Positions 30,887 through 46,198 of a DNA stretch of 64,000 bases are shown here, piece by piece. Position 1 is the first letter of the stretch; each line of letters opens with the position of its first letter. The DNA is from the human T2T-CHM13v2.0 reference genome, Homo sapiens. A model generated the notes under the pieces. It saw nothing but the letters and a program-made list of their open reading frames with translations, was not told the origin of the DNA and did not search any database. Position numbers and translations under genes: made by a program. The stretch lies in NCBI RefSeq assembly GCF_009914755.1, contig NC_060934.1; one strand, 5' to 3'.

Positions 30887-31322
30887 TGTATTCGTCAGGG
30901 TTCTCTAGAGGGATAGAACTAATAGGATAGATGTAGATAGAAAGGGAAGTTTATCAAGGAGTACTGACTCACACGATCATAAGGTGAGGTCCCACTTGCA
31001 GGTAGGCCATCTGCAAGCTGAGGAGCAAGGACTCCAGTCGGAGTCTCACAGCTGAAGAAGTTGGAGTTTGATGTTCGAGGGCAGGAAGCATCCAGCATGG
31101 GAGAAATATGTAGGCCACAAGATTAAACCAGTCTAGTCTTTCCATGTTCTTCTCCCTGCTTTTATTGAGTCCTTGCTGGCAGCTGATTGAGGGTAGGTCT
31201 CGTTTTCCAGTCCACTGACTCAAATGTTAATCTCCTTTGGCAACACCCTCGCAGACACACTAAAGAACAATACCTTGCATCCTTCAATCCAATGAAGGTG
31301 ACACTCAATATTAACCATCACA
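30887..31322 (-). mobile_element. MLT2 (HERV-L 5') LTR
   Basis: tgtattcgtcagggttctctagaggga.agaactaatagg...actcaatattaaccatcaca, adjacent to the PBS. Confidence 0.9.
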
Positions 31323-31466
31323 ATAACTAATACGTTTTTATAGGGAATAAAGCACATATTTCCCATGATACCTGTAGAATTGTGTTTCTCTGGCCTGAAT
31401 ATAGGTTGGATTGGTTTAAATGTGAATTTTGTTTTACAATATTTATATGTCAATTGTAAATTCTGA

Positions 31467-31793
<327 letters not shown>

Positions 31794-31896
31794 AATCATT
31801 ACTTTTGAAGAAATAGTTAACAATGATTATTTCTTTTTGAATGACAATAAATTTTATTAATAAGTTAAACATATTTATATGTAATGTAAATTTTTT

Positions 31897-32168
31897 GTAT
31901 CGGGTGCAGTGGTTCATGCCCGTTATCCTAGCACTTTGGGAGGCCAAGGTGTTAATATTGCTTGAGCAGGGGAGTTTGAGACCAGCCTGGGAAACATGGT
32001 GAAACCTCATATCTACAAAAAAATACGAAAATTAGCCTGGTGTTGTGGCATGTGCCTGTAGTCCCAGCTACTCGGGAGGCTAAACGGGGAGGTCAAGTCC
32101 GCAGTGAGCCATGACTGTGCCACTGCACTCCAACCTCAGTGACAGAGTGAGATCGCGTCTCAAAAAAC
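31897..32168 (+). mobile_element. AluJ-like
   Basis: Diverged dimer. Confidence 0.85.
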
Positions 32169-32319
32169 TTTATTTAAAATCAAAGTAAACAAAATGTATA
32201 TAAATTCCTCTCCAGTGATTTACTATTCAAGCTCTGGATGGATTATGTGATTTTCATGACAATGACATACCTGCTCTACTCTCAGACAAGCACAGTATAA
32301 TAAATAGAAAAATTAGGAG

Positions 32320-32679
32320 TGCTATTGACTGAATTGTGTCTGTCCAAAATTCATATCTTGAAGCCCTAACTTCTTATGTGACTGTAACATGGCCTTCATA
32401 AGGATAGGGCCCTGATACAATGATACAATAGAATTAGTGTCCTTATAAGAGGCATCGAAAAACTCTCTTCCTCTATCTCTCTCTTCTCCCACCATGCAAG
32501 GACACCGTGAGAAGGCAGCTGTCCACTAGCCAGGAAGCGAGTGCTCACCAAAAACCAAACTGGCTAGAACGTTAATCTTGAACTTTCCAGCCTTCAGAAC
32601 TGTGAGAAAATAAATTTCTGTTGTTTAACCTACCCCATCTATGAAATTTTGTTATGGTAGCCTGAATAGACTAATAAGA
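32320..32679 (+). mobile_element. MLT1A-type MaLR solo LTR
   Basis: tgctattgactgaattgtgtc..aaaattcatat..agaactgtgagaaaataaatttctgttgttta..gttatggtagcc. Confidence 0.8.
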
Positions 32680-33539
32680 ATAAATTAAAATTCCATATCC
32701 CTTGACTAAATTTTATTCATGTCTTATGCTTTGGCAATCTTTAGCCAGTACTGCTATCAATTAATTTTATTTTTCATTCCTCTATTCCAGTTTAACAAAG
32801 CCACTGCGGTAACAGAGGAGGGAAAGGAGAAGCAAGGAGTAGAGAGACTCTATATGCCAGGCAAGTGCCTCATTAAATGTTAACTTTTTATGATTCACAG
32901 TGCTTAAGTGTATTAGGAGACCAAAATGTGTTTTATGAAAATTGAAGGCAAATCTGAATGGAAGAGGGTTCCTTGATTTAGCCCCTGTCTTGTCCGACCA
33001 AGGTAAGGTTACAGAGATGAAGTTTTATAGTGTAAATGCAAAGAGTACTTGCCTTGGATTCAGATAAATTTGGGTATATGATCCTGGAAAACCCACTTAG
33101 ACATTCTGAAATTTAATTTCTCCCATGTAAAACAGGAATAATAAAGTCTACCTTACAGAGCATCCTGAGAATCGAGATAGCATATAGTACTATGTTAAAT
33201 GACTGCTGTTATTGCTAAAAGAAAGAAGTTAACTCAGAGGAACTATGGTGTTTGAACTGACTAGCAATAAAAGCTGAATGCAGTGCAAAATTTTGTCTCT
33301 AAGAACTACACACCTAAACTATGCACTACACATAGAAAGGCAGTATTTTAAAACCTAAGGCTATCTATGTAGTTTTGTTTTAATGGAAAAAATCACAAGA
33401 AGCCTGCACTCCATTTGTAGAAGAATTGTTACTTCCTCATATCTAGAGCTACCTGTGGCCTTAGACTTGGCTATTTCTATAGAGCTAAGCTCTTGTCCCA
33501 GCTTCTTGTTCTTAAACACGGAGCTCTGCCTCTGGGAGT

Positions 33540-34295
<756 letters not shown>

Positions 34296-34740
34296 TAGAT
34301 GTTTGACTCTTTTCATCCACAGAGTACAGAATTCTAACCCTGTGGTGTGATTCCTGAGATCTGTGTCTAGCTAGTGGTTTCAAGCCTTATTTACAAAGAT
34401 GAATTTTGATTCTTTTCAATTAAAAAATCTTTCATTTGATTAATCTCATGTTAATGAATATAATGGAATTGTATTCCAATGACTAAAAATAAGTCAGCAG
34501 TGACAGAAAAGAAAACTTGTTCCCAGATCAGGACCTGTTTGTCAATAAAAAAGCGCCAAGAAGTTATTACTTCCTGCAATATATAAACGGAAATGTCCAA
34601 AAAGAGACAACTAAACCTTAGTTCAAAAAAAGGGAAATCATAAACCTCTGTACCCTGTTGATTGGCATTCATTATTCGACCTAAAAAATGTAAAATTATA
34701 CAAAGTCACTTCTATGCACGTACAAGCGTGATACACATAC

Positions 34741-36527
34741 TGTTACCGGATCCTTGAGGTGTCACTTTTCTGGCCGGTGGTGCCTTTGCCTGAGTTTTGA
34801 TCGGGCACTCTGGGTTCGTTCCACACACTTGGCCTGGAAGGTTGCGCTTGGCTTATGCTACCAGCCTGGATCCCATGCCTGCCAGGGGTGAGCCAGGCAT
34901 GGGGCAGCAAGAGGTGTGTGAGCGAGCACTGGGTCTGGCCACAGTGCAGTTAGACATGCCGGCTGCTGCAGTGGGATGGGCAGCTCCAGGTGCTGACACC
35001 AGCTCTCTGCAAGGCTGCAGCTGGACCAGGTGCACTGCAAGCACCTTCCACGGCTGGCACCAGGGAACACAGCGATGCCTGGAAGCTTAGAGATGCCAGA
35101 ACCACAGGGACCTAAAGAGGGAGTCACAGCCCTGACTCAGGGAACTCCCAGGTCTGGGCTTCCCAAAGGGCCACGGCTATTCTTTCATTCTCTTTGCCCA
35201 CAACATGGCAAGCAAGGGGCATGTTTCAGCCCTGTTTGTGTTACAGCTCTTTTAGCCCTGCCATTCAATGGGTTCTGAGTTCTTGTCCTGCGACAAGGCA
35301 GAATGAGGTACACAGTCAAGTGGAGGGTGAGCCAGCCAAAGAGAAGCTTTATTGAATGATACAGAACAGCTCAGAGGAGACCCACAGTGGGTAGCTCCTT
35401 TCCACAGCCAGGGTGTTCCAACGAGTGTTCAGCTCCTAGCAAGGAGGAGGCCCTGGAGTGAAAAGCTCCTTTCTGCAGGCAAGTCACCCTGTCATCTTTC
35501 CAGCTCTCAGCAGAGAAGTGGCCCTGGAGTGCGTAGCTTCTCTCTGCTGGCAGGTCATCCCAATGTCTGCTCAGTCCCAGCTGAGCCTGGAGCTTTTATG
35601 GGCCTCAGAGGGGAGGAAGTGCATGCCAATTGGTCCATGGGCAAATCCAGAAAAGGCACCTCAAGTTCCCACTCTGGTCTGCGGGACTGGCAGCCCAGTC
35701 ACCAGCCTTTAGGACCCCCTTGGCCTGAAGGTGAGGCCTCACCAGGCCCCGCCCCCCCCGCCCTTCCACCCTGGAACCTGTTTGTTTCCTGCTGTTCCTG
35801 GTGCCCAGGCTGTAGGTGCCAAGGGGTGCCTGCAGGCCAGTGCCAAGCTTCCCTCAGCACCCCCTTGACTTCCCTCCTATGCTGATCAGCACCCAAAGTC
35901 CAGAGGGATCCAAGGCGACAGGGGGCTGGTATGTTAGCACCGCCCTGAGTGTGTGCACACCCGGCTGGGCTGTGAAAGCACCCAGGCTTGGCCCCGACTT
36001 TGCTCCAAGATTGGAGCAGGGGCTGACAGCAGGAAGAAGTCAGGCAGTGCAAGCAGGCGCTCTGGAGCCTGTGAGGGGAGAAGGGGGGCCTTCCTGGGTC
36101 CCCGAGAGTGCAGACATGCCTGGGTCCACAGCCACGGTTTGGGTGGCTGCAGCTGCACCTGGAAGGGCGGGGCTCCTGGAAGGGCGGGGCTCCTGCCTGC
36201 CTCTGCCTCCCTCCTACCACCAAGAGCACAGGGAGGCCCGGCCCACAGTCACGACTTGGGCAGCTGCAGCTGCACCTGGGAGGGCGGGGCTCCTGCCTTC
36301 CTCTGCCTCCCTCCTACCACCAAGAGCACAGGGAGGTCCGGCCCGCAGCCACGACTTGGGCAGCTGCAGCTGCACCTGGAAGGGCGGGGCTCCTGCCTGC
36401 TCTGTGGAGGGGGAGACCTGGGTCCACAGCTGTGACTAGAGTGGCTGCAGCAGCACCCAGGGAGCTCCTGCCCCAACTTGGAAGGGGTAGGGCTCCCTCT
36501 TGTTCCTGGCTCCTGCCGCTGCCATCA
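34741..36527 (-). mobile_element. Full-length MER52-family solo LTR
   Basis: TG..CA termini with 4-bp TSD ATAC (34737-34740 and 36528-36531); internal ~110-bp tandem units at ~36130-36420. Confidence 0.9.
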
Positions 36528-37581
36528 ATACTACTGCCACATGCTACTCCAGATGTCAAAGGCACATATTAAACCACCACCGAGTAACAGCATCTACCAA
36601 AAACAATCAAAATCTTCAAATAAAATATTTAGTGAACACATAAATAGATACTCAGATACTCTATTTTGTCAGACTTTGCCTAGAATAACTTAGAAAACTT
36701 CTGATATTCACTTGTAAAGTTTAAGAATGATTGATACATACATTAATATGGAAGAGACAATTATTAACCTTAAATACACAAGGACAGGACAGAAATAGAA
36801 TTTTACATCAGAAGATATTATTTCTCATTACTATGAGATACTATTACCTGAGTTTCAAAAGTAGTGATGAAAGGAGTCAAGCTCTATAAAAATATTTAAA
36901 GAAGTTTATTCTGAGCCAAATAGGAGCGGCCAAGGCTCAAGGCCCCGTCTCGTGTGGTAATGAGAACATTTTCCCAAGGTCATTGAGCTATAGCTTGGTT
37001 TTATATGTTTTATGGAGACATAAGACATCAATCAATGCATTTGGAGTATGCATTGGTTCCATGTAGAAAGGAGGGACAACTTGAACGGTTGGGACTTACA
37101 GGTCATAGGCAGATTCAAAGATTTTCTGATTGGCAAATGGTTGAAAGAGTTGTTATCTAAAGGCTTGGAATCAATAGAAAGGAGTGGCTGCGTCAAGATA
37201 AGGGGTTGTGGAGATCAGGATTCTTATTATGTAGACAAAGCCACCCTTAGAGACAATCGATAGCGAGTGTTTCTTATTCAGACCCTCCAAAGGGTGCTAG
37301 ACTCTCAGTTTCTCTTCAGGATTGGGAGGGCCTGGAACAGCGAAAGATCTACTTACATTATTAGAGGTTCTTTACAGGTAGAATTTCCCTCCACAAGAAT
37401 GGCTTTGCAGGCCATTTCAAAATATTACAAATAAACATATTTGGGGGTAAAATATTTTGATTTCCTTCTTTATCTGTCATGTGAAATTATGCCAGGGTCA
37501 GATTGGAAAGTAAGCCATGTTATATAGGGTTAAATAAAACCCATCTGAAGAGATTTTATGGTTTGTAGCCATGACTCCCTA

Positions 37582-38215
37582 TGTTACCAGAAAGGGGACC
37601 CAATCTAGAACCCAAGAGAGGGTCCTTGGACCTCACGGATTAAAGAATTATAGCCGAGTCCATAAAGTGAAAGCAATTTCATTAAGAAAGCAAAGTAATA
37701 AAGGAACGGCTACTCTATAGACAGAGCAGCAACATGGGCTGAATGGCTAAATATACTTATAGTTATTTCTTGATTATGTGCTGAACAAGGCGTGAATTCA
37801 TCATGAGGTTTCCAGGAAAGGGGTGGGCAATTCCTGGAATTAAGGGTTCTTTCCCTTTTTAGACCACATAGGGTAACTTCCTGATGTTGCCAAGGCATTT
37901 GTAAACTGTTGTGGTGCTGGTGGACGTGTCTTTTAACATGCCAGTGCATTATCATTAGTGTATGATGAGCAGCGAGGACAACCAGAGGTCACTTTTGTAG
38001 CCGTCTTGGTTTTGGCGAATTTTGGCTGGCTTCTTTATTTACCACAACCTGTTTTATCAGCAAGGTCTTTGTGACCTGAATCTTGTGCTGACCTCCTATC
38101 TCATCCTTTGACTAAGAACACCTAACCTCCTGGGAAGGTAGCCCAGTAGGTCTCAGCCTTATTTTACCCAGCCCCTGTTGAAGATGGAATTGCTCTTGTT
38201 CAAATGCCTCTGACA
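37582..38215 (-). mobile_element. MER41 (B-like) solo LTR
   Basis: Ends ..ccagtaggtctcagccttattttacccagcccc..aagatgga.ttgctct.gttcaaatgcctctgaca; TSD CCTA on both sides. Confidence 0.9.
37810..37839. promoter_or_regulatory. Tandem GAS (STAT) motifs within MER41
   Basis: TTCCAGGAA (37810-37818) and TTCCTGGAA (37831-37839) both fit TTCNNNGAA. Confidence 0.6.
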
Positions 38216-39530
38216 CCTAGGCCCCTTAGATAGGAATTTGGACAAGAGAAGAAAAAGGTCAGTTTCATCCTCAATAGCAATAAATAATACTACATAAGTA
38301 AATATATGTGATAGTAATTAAATTTAACCTCCCATAGTAAGCCTTTCATGTGGCTTCTTAAGTTTTTTTTATTTTGTATACATATACATGAAACTTAACA
38401 TCTGTGACTATTATGAAGACAAAGCATATGTCTAGGAAATTAATGTACTTAATGGGGAAATGAAGAATATTGTGTAATTTAACATAACGACCCAGGAGCC
38501 TAGAAGGAAAAATTATGTTCTTTAATCCTCAGGGTTTTCTTTGTTGGAAAATAAAAAAGCAAAGCAATAGACAATGGAACCCATCCACCCCCAAAAGAAG
38601 GAAGAAGAAGAAGAAAAAAAAAAGAAAGAAACAAAGCAAAGCTCAGGAGGAATGGAATACACAGATCTATACACCAGGCAGAGAAGCAGTTGTTCTTGAT
38701 CCCTTTCTGATGAGATAAAGACTTCTAAAATCTTGGGATGCAGCTGAGATTGCTATTTAAGTGGACAGAGCATTATAGGCCAGCTCCTTTGTGAGCTTCA
38801 TACCCTACATGTGTGCTACTTTCAGCATGACCTGCCTCTACTTTTTGCAGGGGGACTACAATGTGGGTTTGGATGGCAAAAGCTCCTGGAGTGATTCCCT
38901 AGGGGTCAAAGCTTCCTTCTGGGAGGAGTGGCTAAAACAAGTAAATTTTCCTTTCACAATCTTAACCCTTCCAAGCTTTCCCTCTCAAAGTTTCTTCTCC
39001 CTACTGCGTGCCCCCCGCCACAAAGTCTGTATGTAGATTGAGCAGTTCAGTTGATTTTTGTGAAAGAGAGAGGTTAACTTGGTGACATCGTTTGAACCAC
39101 ACATCAATTAAGGGAATGAGAACGAAACCTAAGTTTTGACATTGTAAAGTTTTCTTTCAAGCATAGCAACTCTGCCTCATTTGTGTTTCAGACAATGTTG
39201 TTCCATCATCAATGTATTTGAAATATTGAAATGACAAAACTCAATGATTTTATGTCTCTTTGCAATGTAAGACATAATCTCTTTATAGGACGAAAGCTGA
39301 ATATAATTGGTAGACTATTAAATGAGAATTGTATGTTTCATCAAACTGCTGAGCTAATAAATTCTAAAAGTCATCTATTAACTAAACAATAGGAGATTAG
39401 CTGGACACACTACTTTTTATTTATAATAAGTAATTTTTATTTATAATATTTTTATTTATAATAAATGTCAGCAATGTTAAGATATATCACATTTATTATT
39501 TTACTACCATGATGATTACAGCACTTTTAA

Positions 39531-40228
<698 letters not shown>

Positions 40229-40419
40229 AAGAAAAACTTCTAAAGTTCTTAAATTTCCATCAAATTATTAAACTACAGAATGATTAAATGTAAAATTTGT
40301 AACATTGTAATAACTGCTTAGATTATTCTTTGTTGTAGAAGATTTAGCATCTTATAAAAATTGGGTCTGAGAAGAACAGATGTTTCTTTAACCAGCCAGA
40401 TGCAAATAACTATAAGGCC

Positions 40420-40610
40420 ACACTACCCAACATGGTAGCCAGTGGTCACTAATATTTAAATTAAATGAAATAAAAAATACAGTCCATCAATTGCACTGGC
40501 CTTTCTGCCAAGTGCTGAACAGATCTGTATGACCAGTGGCTACTGTATTGGATGGTGCAGATACAGGACATTCCCGTTATCTCAGAGAGTTCTCCTGGGC
40601 ATTGCTGCTC
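40420..40610. mobile_element. MER3/MER33-like hAT DNA transposon relic
   Basis: catggtagcca..caagtgct..agtggctactgtattgga..agagagttctcctgggcattgctg. Confidence 0.6.
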
Positions 40611-41372
40611 TAAGGAGAAGGCACCAGAAAAAGAGGAGCTAGGTGGATGAGGAGTGTAGGGGAAGGGAGATGAGCTCAGTGGCCATATTTCCTCAATGTG
40701 CAGCCATCCTTTCCTTTTCCCAGTGTCATCTCGTAATGGGAAGAAATAGATGAAAGGTTTTCTCTCTTACAGAGTTTGAAATGCTGCTTGTCCTGTGATG
40801 AGCTCAATCAGGACTGATTGAATGATGATGCCTCACTTTCACATACAGATGTAGCCCAACAAGATTCCAATAGATGTGGTGTTACAAATCCTTTAGTATG
40901 AAGGCATAGTGAATCCAGTTATTACAGAAAAATATGCCCTTGGCAAATTGGGAGAAGGTTAATTTTACATTCTAGCATTCTCTTAAGTATCAATGGACTC
41001 TTCTAACAAAAGGCATCAATAAGCTTTATGAATCTTCAAAGTTGTCTGTATGACAGATAAATTGTCAGTCTTTAAATGGCTACTGTGCAGGTCCAGATAG
41101 GCACAACAATTTTGGAAAAGAGAGAAAACATGTTTCAGTTGAAAACTTTAGGACCCAAAGGAGGCAAATGTGTTTGGGCTAAAACATAGCCAGAACAGAG
41201 AGAAAAATCAGCTATTTTAGAGTAACTGATATATAATATTCAATGATTTTTATGGCAAATGATTTTGACATGGGCCAGAAAACCGCACTTACTTTCCTGA
41301 TGCTGCCAGATAAACCATGGGTGTGTATTTTTGTTACAAAATTACTCCTTGAATTAAAAAGTATGCAAATAC

Positions 41373-42139
<767 letters not shown>

Positions 42140-42676
42140 GTATATTTTTTTATATGTAACTGAAAGTGTTGTGGGAAGGCAAATATAAGTGATGTCTGTG
42201 GTTATTGATACCGACTGGTTATATCTCTAGATATACTGTAGTTATTGCTCTAATTGGTGTTACTTGATCTCTCAAAAATATGCAACAGCACCGAAAGTGT
42301 TCAGGGCCACAGTTGCCAACTGGCTGTAAGAAGTGAAAGAACAAAACAGGTGCAAATAACAATAAATAAATAAAACCTCATTTTCTTGGTGAAGAAGAAA
42401 AAGGAAAATAAAGAAGAAATTAGATTTCCAACCCTTTCATTCTTAATAAAAATAAAAGATTTGATCCTTTCAATCTCCACTGGAAATCAACACAAGTTAC
42501 TAATTTTCTTGGTTAAATTGATATAATCAGTACATATATATTAAGCATATATATGTAGACATGTGTATATACATATGTGTGTCCCTCTTAGCTTAAGAAA
42601 TCTACCTCGCACTCCTCATCTCCATATAGTCATGGAAAAAATCAGCATCTGGCAACAGGGGACACTTACCAGAGTC

Positions 42677-43032
42677 ATTTTTTTTTTTTTTTTTTTTTTG
42701 AGATAGAGTCTTGCTCTGTCGCCCAGGCTGGACTGCAGTGGTGCAGTCTTGGCCCACTGCAACCTCTGCTCCCTGGGTTCAAGCAATTCTTGTGCCTCAG
42801 CCTCCTGAATAGCTGGGACTACAAGTGTGGGCCACTACGCCTGGCTAATTTTTGTATTTTTAGTAGAGACTAGGCTTCACCATGTTGCCCACACTGGTCT
42901 TGAACTCCTGGGCTCAAGTGCTCTGCCTGCCTTGGCCTCCCAAAGTGCTGGGATTACAGGCGTGAGCCACCGCGCCCGGCCTAGCGTAATCGTGCTGGGA
43001 TTACAGGCGTGAGCCACTGCACCCAGCCTAGC
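42677..43032 (-). mobile_element. AluS with a tandem duplication of its 5' end
   Basis: gtgctgggattacaggcgtgagccac..cctagc.taat occurs twice. Confidence 0.88.
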
Positions 43033-44742
43033 ATAATTCTTTACTAGAATTGGTACTTTAGGAATTTCAGCTATGCCATTTAATTTTCCTCAATAGTTTT
43101 GGACTAACTAATTTGGTAAAAGTTTATTGCCTTGAAAGAGGTTGAATTCAAAATTATTTTCTTCTTCTAGGACATGTTTACAGATCTCTAGATATACATG
43201 CCTCAGCTCAAAGAGAAAGCTGTAACTGCTGTTATGTGTCACATACCAAGTTGGAATCCATTTGCCACAGTCTAGGTGACCTCAGCTCACACCTGAGTGG
43301 AACTGACTCCTCAGCATTCTCATGATCTGCAGTGTAGGAATTCCCACTCCAGGAAGTGAACAGAAACCACACACTCATCCCTAACCACGTGCCTAAACAT
43401 AAACTGGTCGCAGATTTGTTCAGGCAATAAAGTCATTTCTACTGGAGAAAATCAGGGAAGGCCACCTGCTGAACAAAGGCTTCAGGCAAATATTTTGCTC
43501 ATGAGAAATACATCGAGCACAAAACTCTTCATCAGCTGGTTTTACTGATTCTTAACTTCCTGATGTAGACAATCTGAATAAACTAATTGGTCTAATTTTC
43601 CTGGAGATATGGTAGCAACAGAATAATGTAAAGGCAGGTTGACATGTCCTTATGTCTTTTCCTTCTTTGGAAAGATAGATAAAGATAATAAAGGAATGGT
43701 TGAAAGGAAATTAGAACAGAAATAAGAAAGGCATGCAGGCAAAACTGCTATGAGTTCCGTTCTTGTATTGCTGCATGTTTTGGTAAGGAACGCCTGGCCC
43801 CATAGGTTCCCAGGGTGTTGGGAAGGGTGTACTACCAGTTCCATAAATGTGGTCATCTTGACACCTAAGAAACTATTTTGGCCACATGGCTTGCTGGGGG
43901 TATATTCATTCAAAATCAAAACAGTTAATTCACTCTCCTAGCAACCACACAACAGGCTGCAGCAGCTTTGGGGTGTTATTCCCTCCAGCCAGGCATAAAA
44001 ATATAGGCTGCATATACAAGGAGGTTTGTTTAACTGTTACAATTGAAGCCCATGTAACCAGGACCCACGGGGAATCAAAAGAGAGAATTCATCACCGTAT
44101 GTGGAGATAGTGTCTTCTGGGAAAGAAAACTCCTAATGAATTATCAGTATAGGCAGAGACTTTATCCCTTAGTCTTTGATTAACCCATTATTCAATCTAT
44201 TTCCAGGTTTCAGCAGATCTCCTAAACTCTCCTTTAACAGCCATTCTTTCAAATGAAGGACTCAAACTTTACACATGTACATCAACATACATGACGAAGG
44301 CATACATGACAACCACAGTTCTCCTAAGAGACATTTTTGGACAAGAATAAATTTTAGCAGAGTAAGCCTGTCTGATTCTCCTTTGGCATACATTGCGTCC
44401 TCGTAGGAAATGCCTGCCAGGAGCAGGAGTTGTAGAGATCCCTGCACCTGTATTCAGGATCCTTGCGTGGGAAAAGAGGCCTCAGTGGCCCTATGTGGAA
44501 TCTATGCTGTGCACAGTGCTAAAAGGGTTGCAATCCACCAACATCTTACAAAATGAAGGAAGAAAATCCTCCGACAAGGATGGTGAAGTAGCAGACAACT
44601 CACAGTCAAAAATACCTCTTAAATGGCAGCAACTTCTTTTATCTCTTCTGATAAAGACATTTAAAAATTCTTTTTTCGAATAGAGTCAGTTCAAATATGG
44701 GAATGTATTTCTATTTTGTGTCATTACATTGTCAAGCATTTA

Positions 44743-45158
<416 letters not shown>

Positions 45159-45176
45159 TTATGTGTGTGCATATAG

Positions 45177-45718
<542 letters not shown>

Positions 45719-45898
45719 TGAAATTTAAAATGTTCGTAATGTTTTATGCTGATACCATTTTATTTGAGTGCTAAGACCAATTACTATTATTTTCCATCAA
45801 AAATGATTGAAATTCTGCATTCTCCAAGAAAAGAAACGAGTGGTAAAATATTACAGTAAAGTTAGTGATCACATAAAATAAGGATTATACTCTTTTAA

Positions 45899-46198
<300 letters not shown>

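Larger units (their letters stand above)
36865..38273 (-). mobile_element. MER4-family LTR split by MER41
   Basis: gagtcaagctctataaaaatatttaaagaagtttattctgagc 3' end; resumes after 38215; flanks GTAG/ATAG. Confidence 0.78.

Noticed and set aside
34797-36572. Cluster of 70-207 aa ORFs
   Set aside because: Entirely inside the GC-rich MER52 LTR. Similar ORF text at 22356-23634 reflects the second MER52 copy, not a gene duplication.
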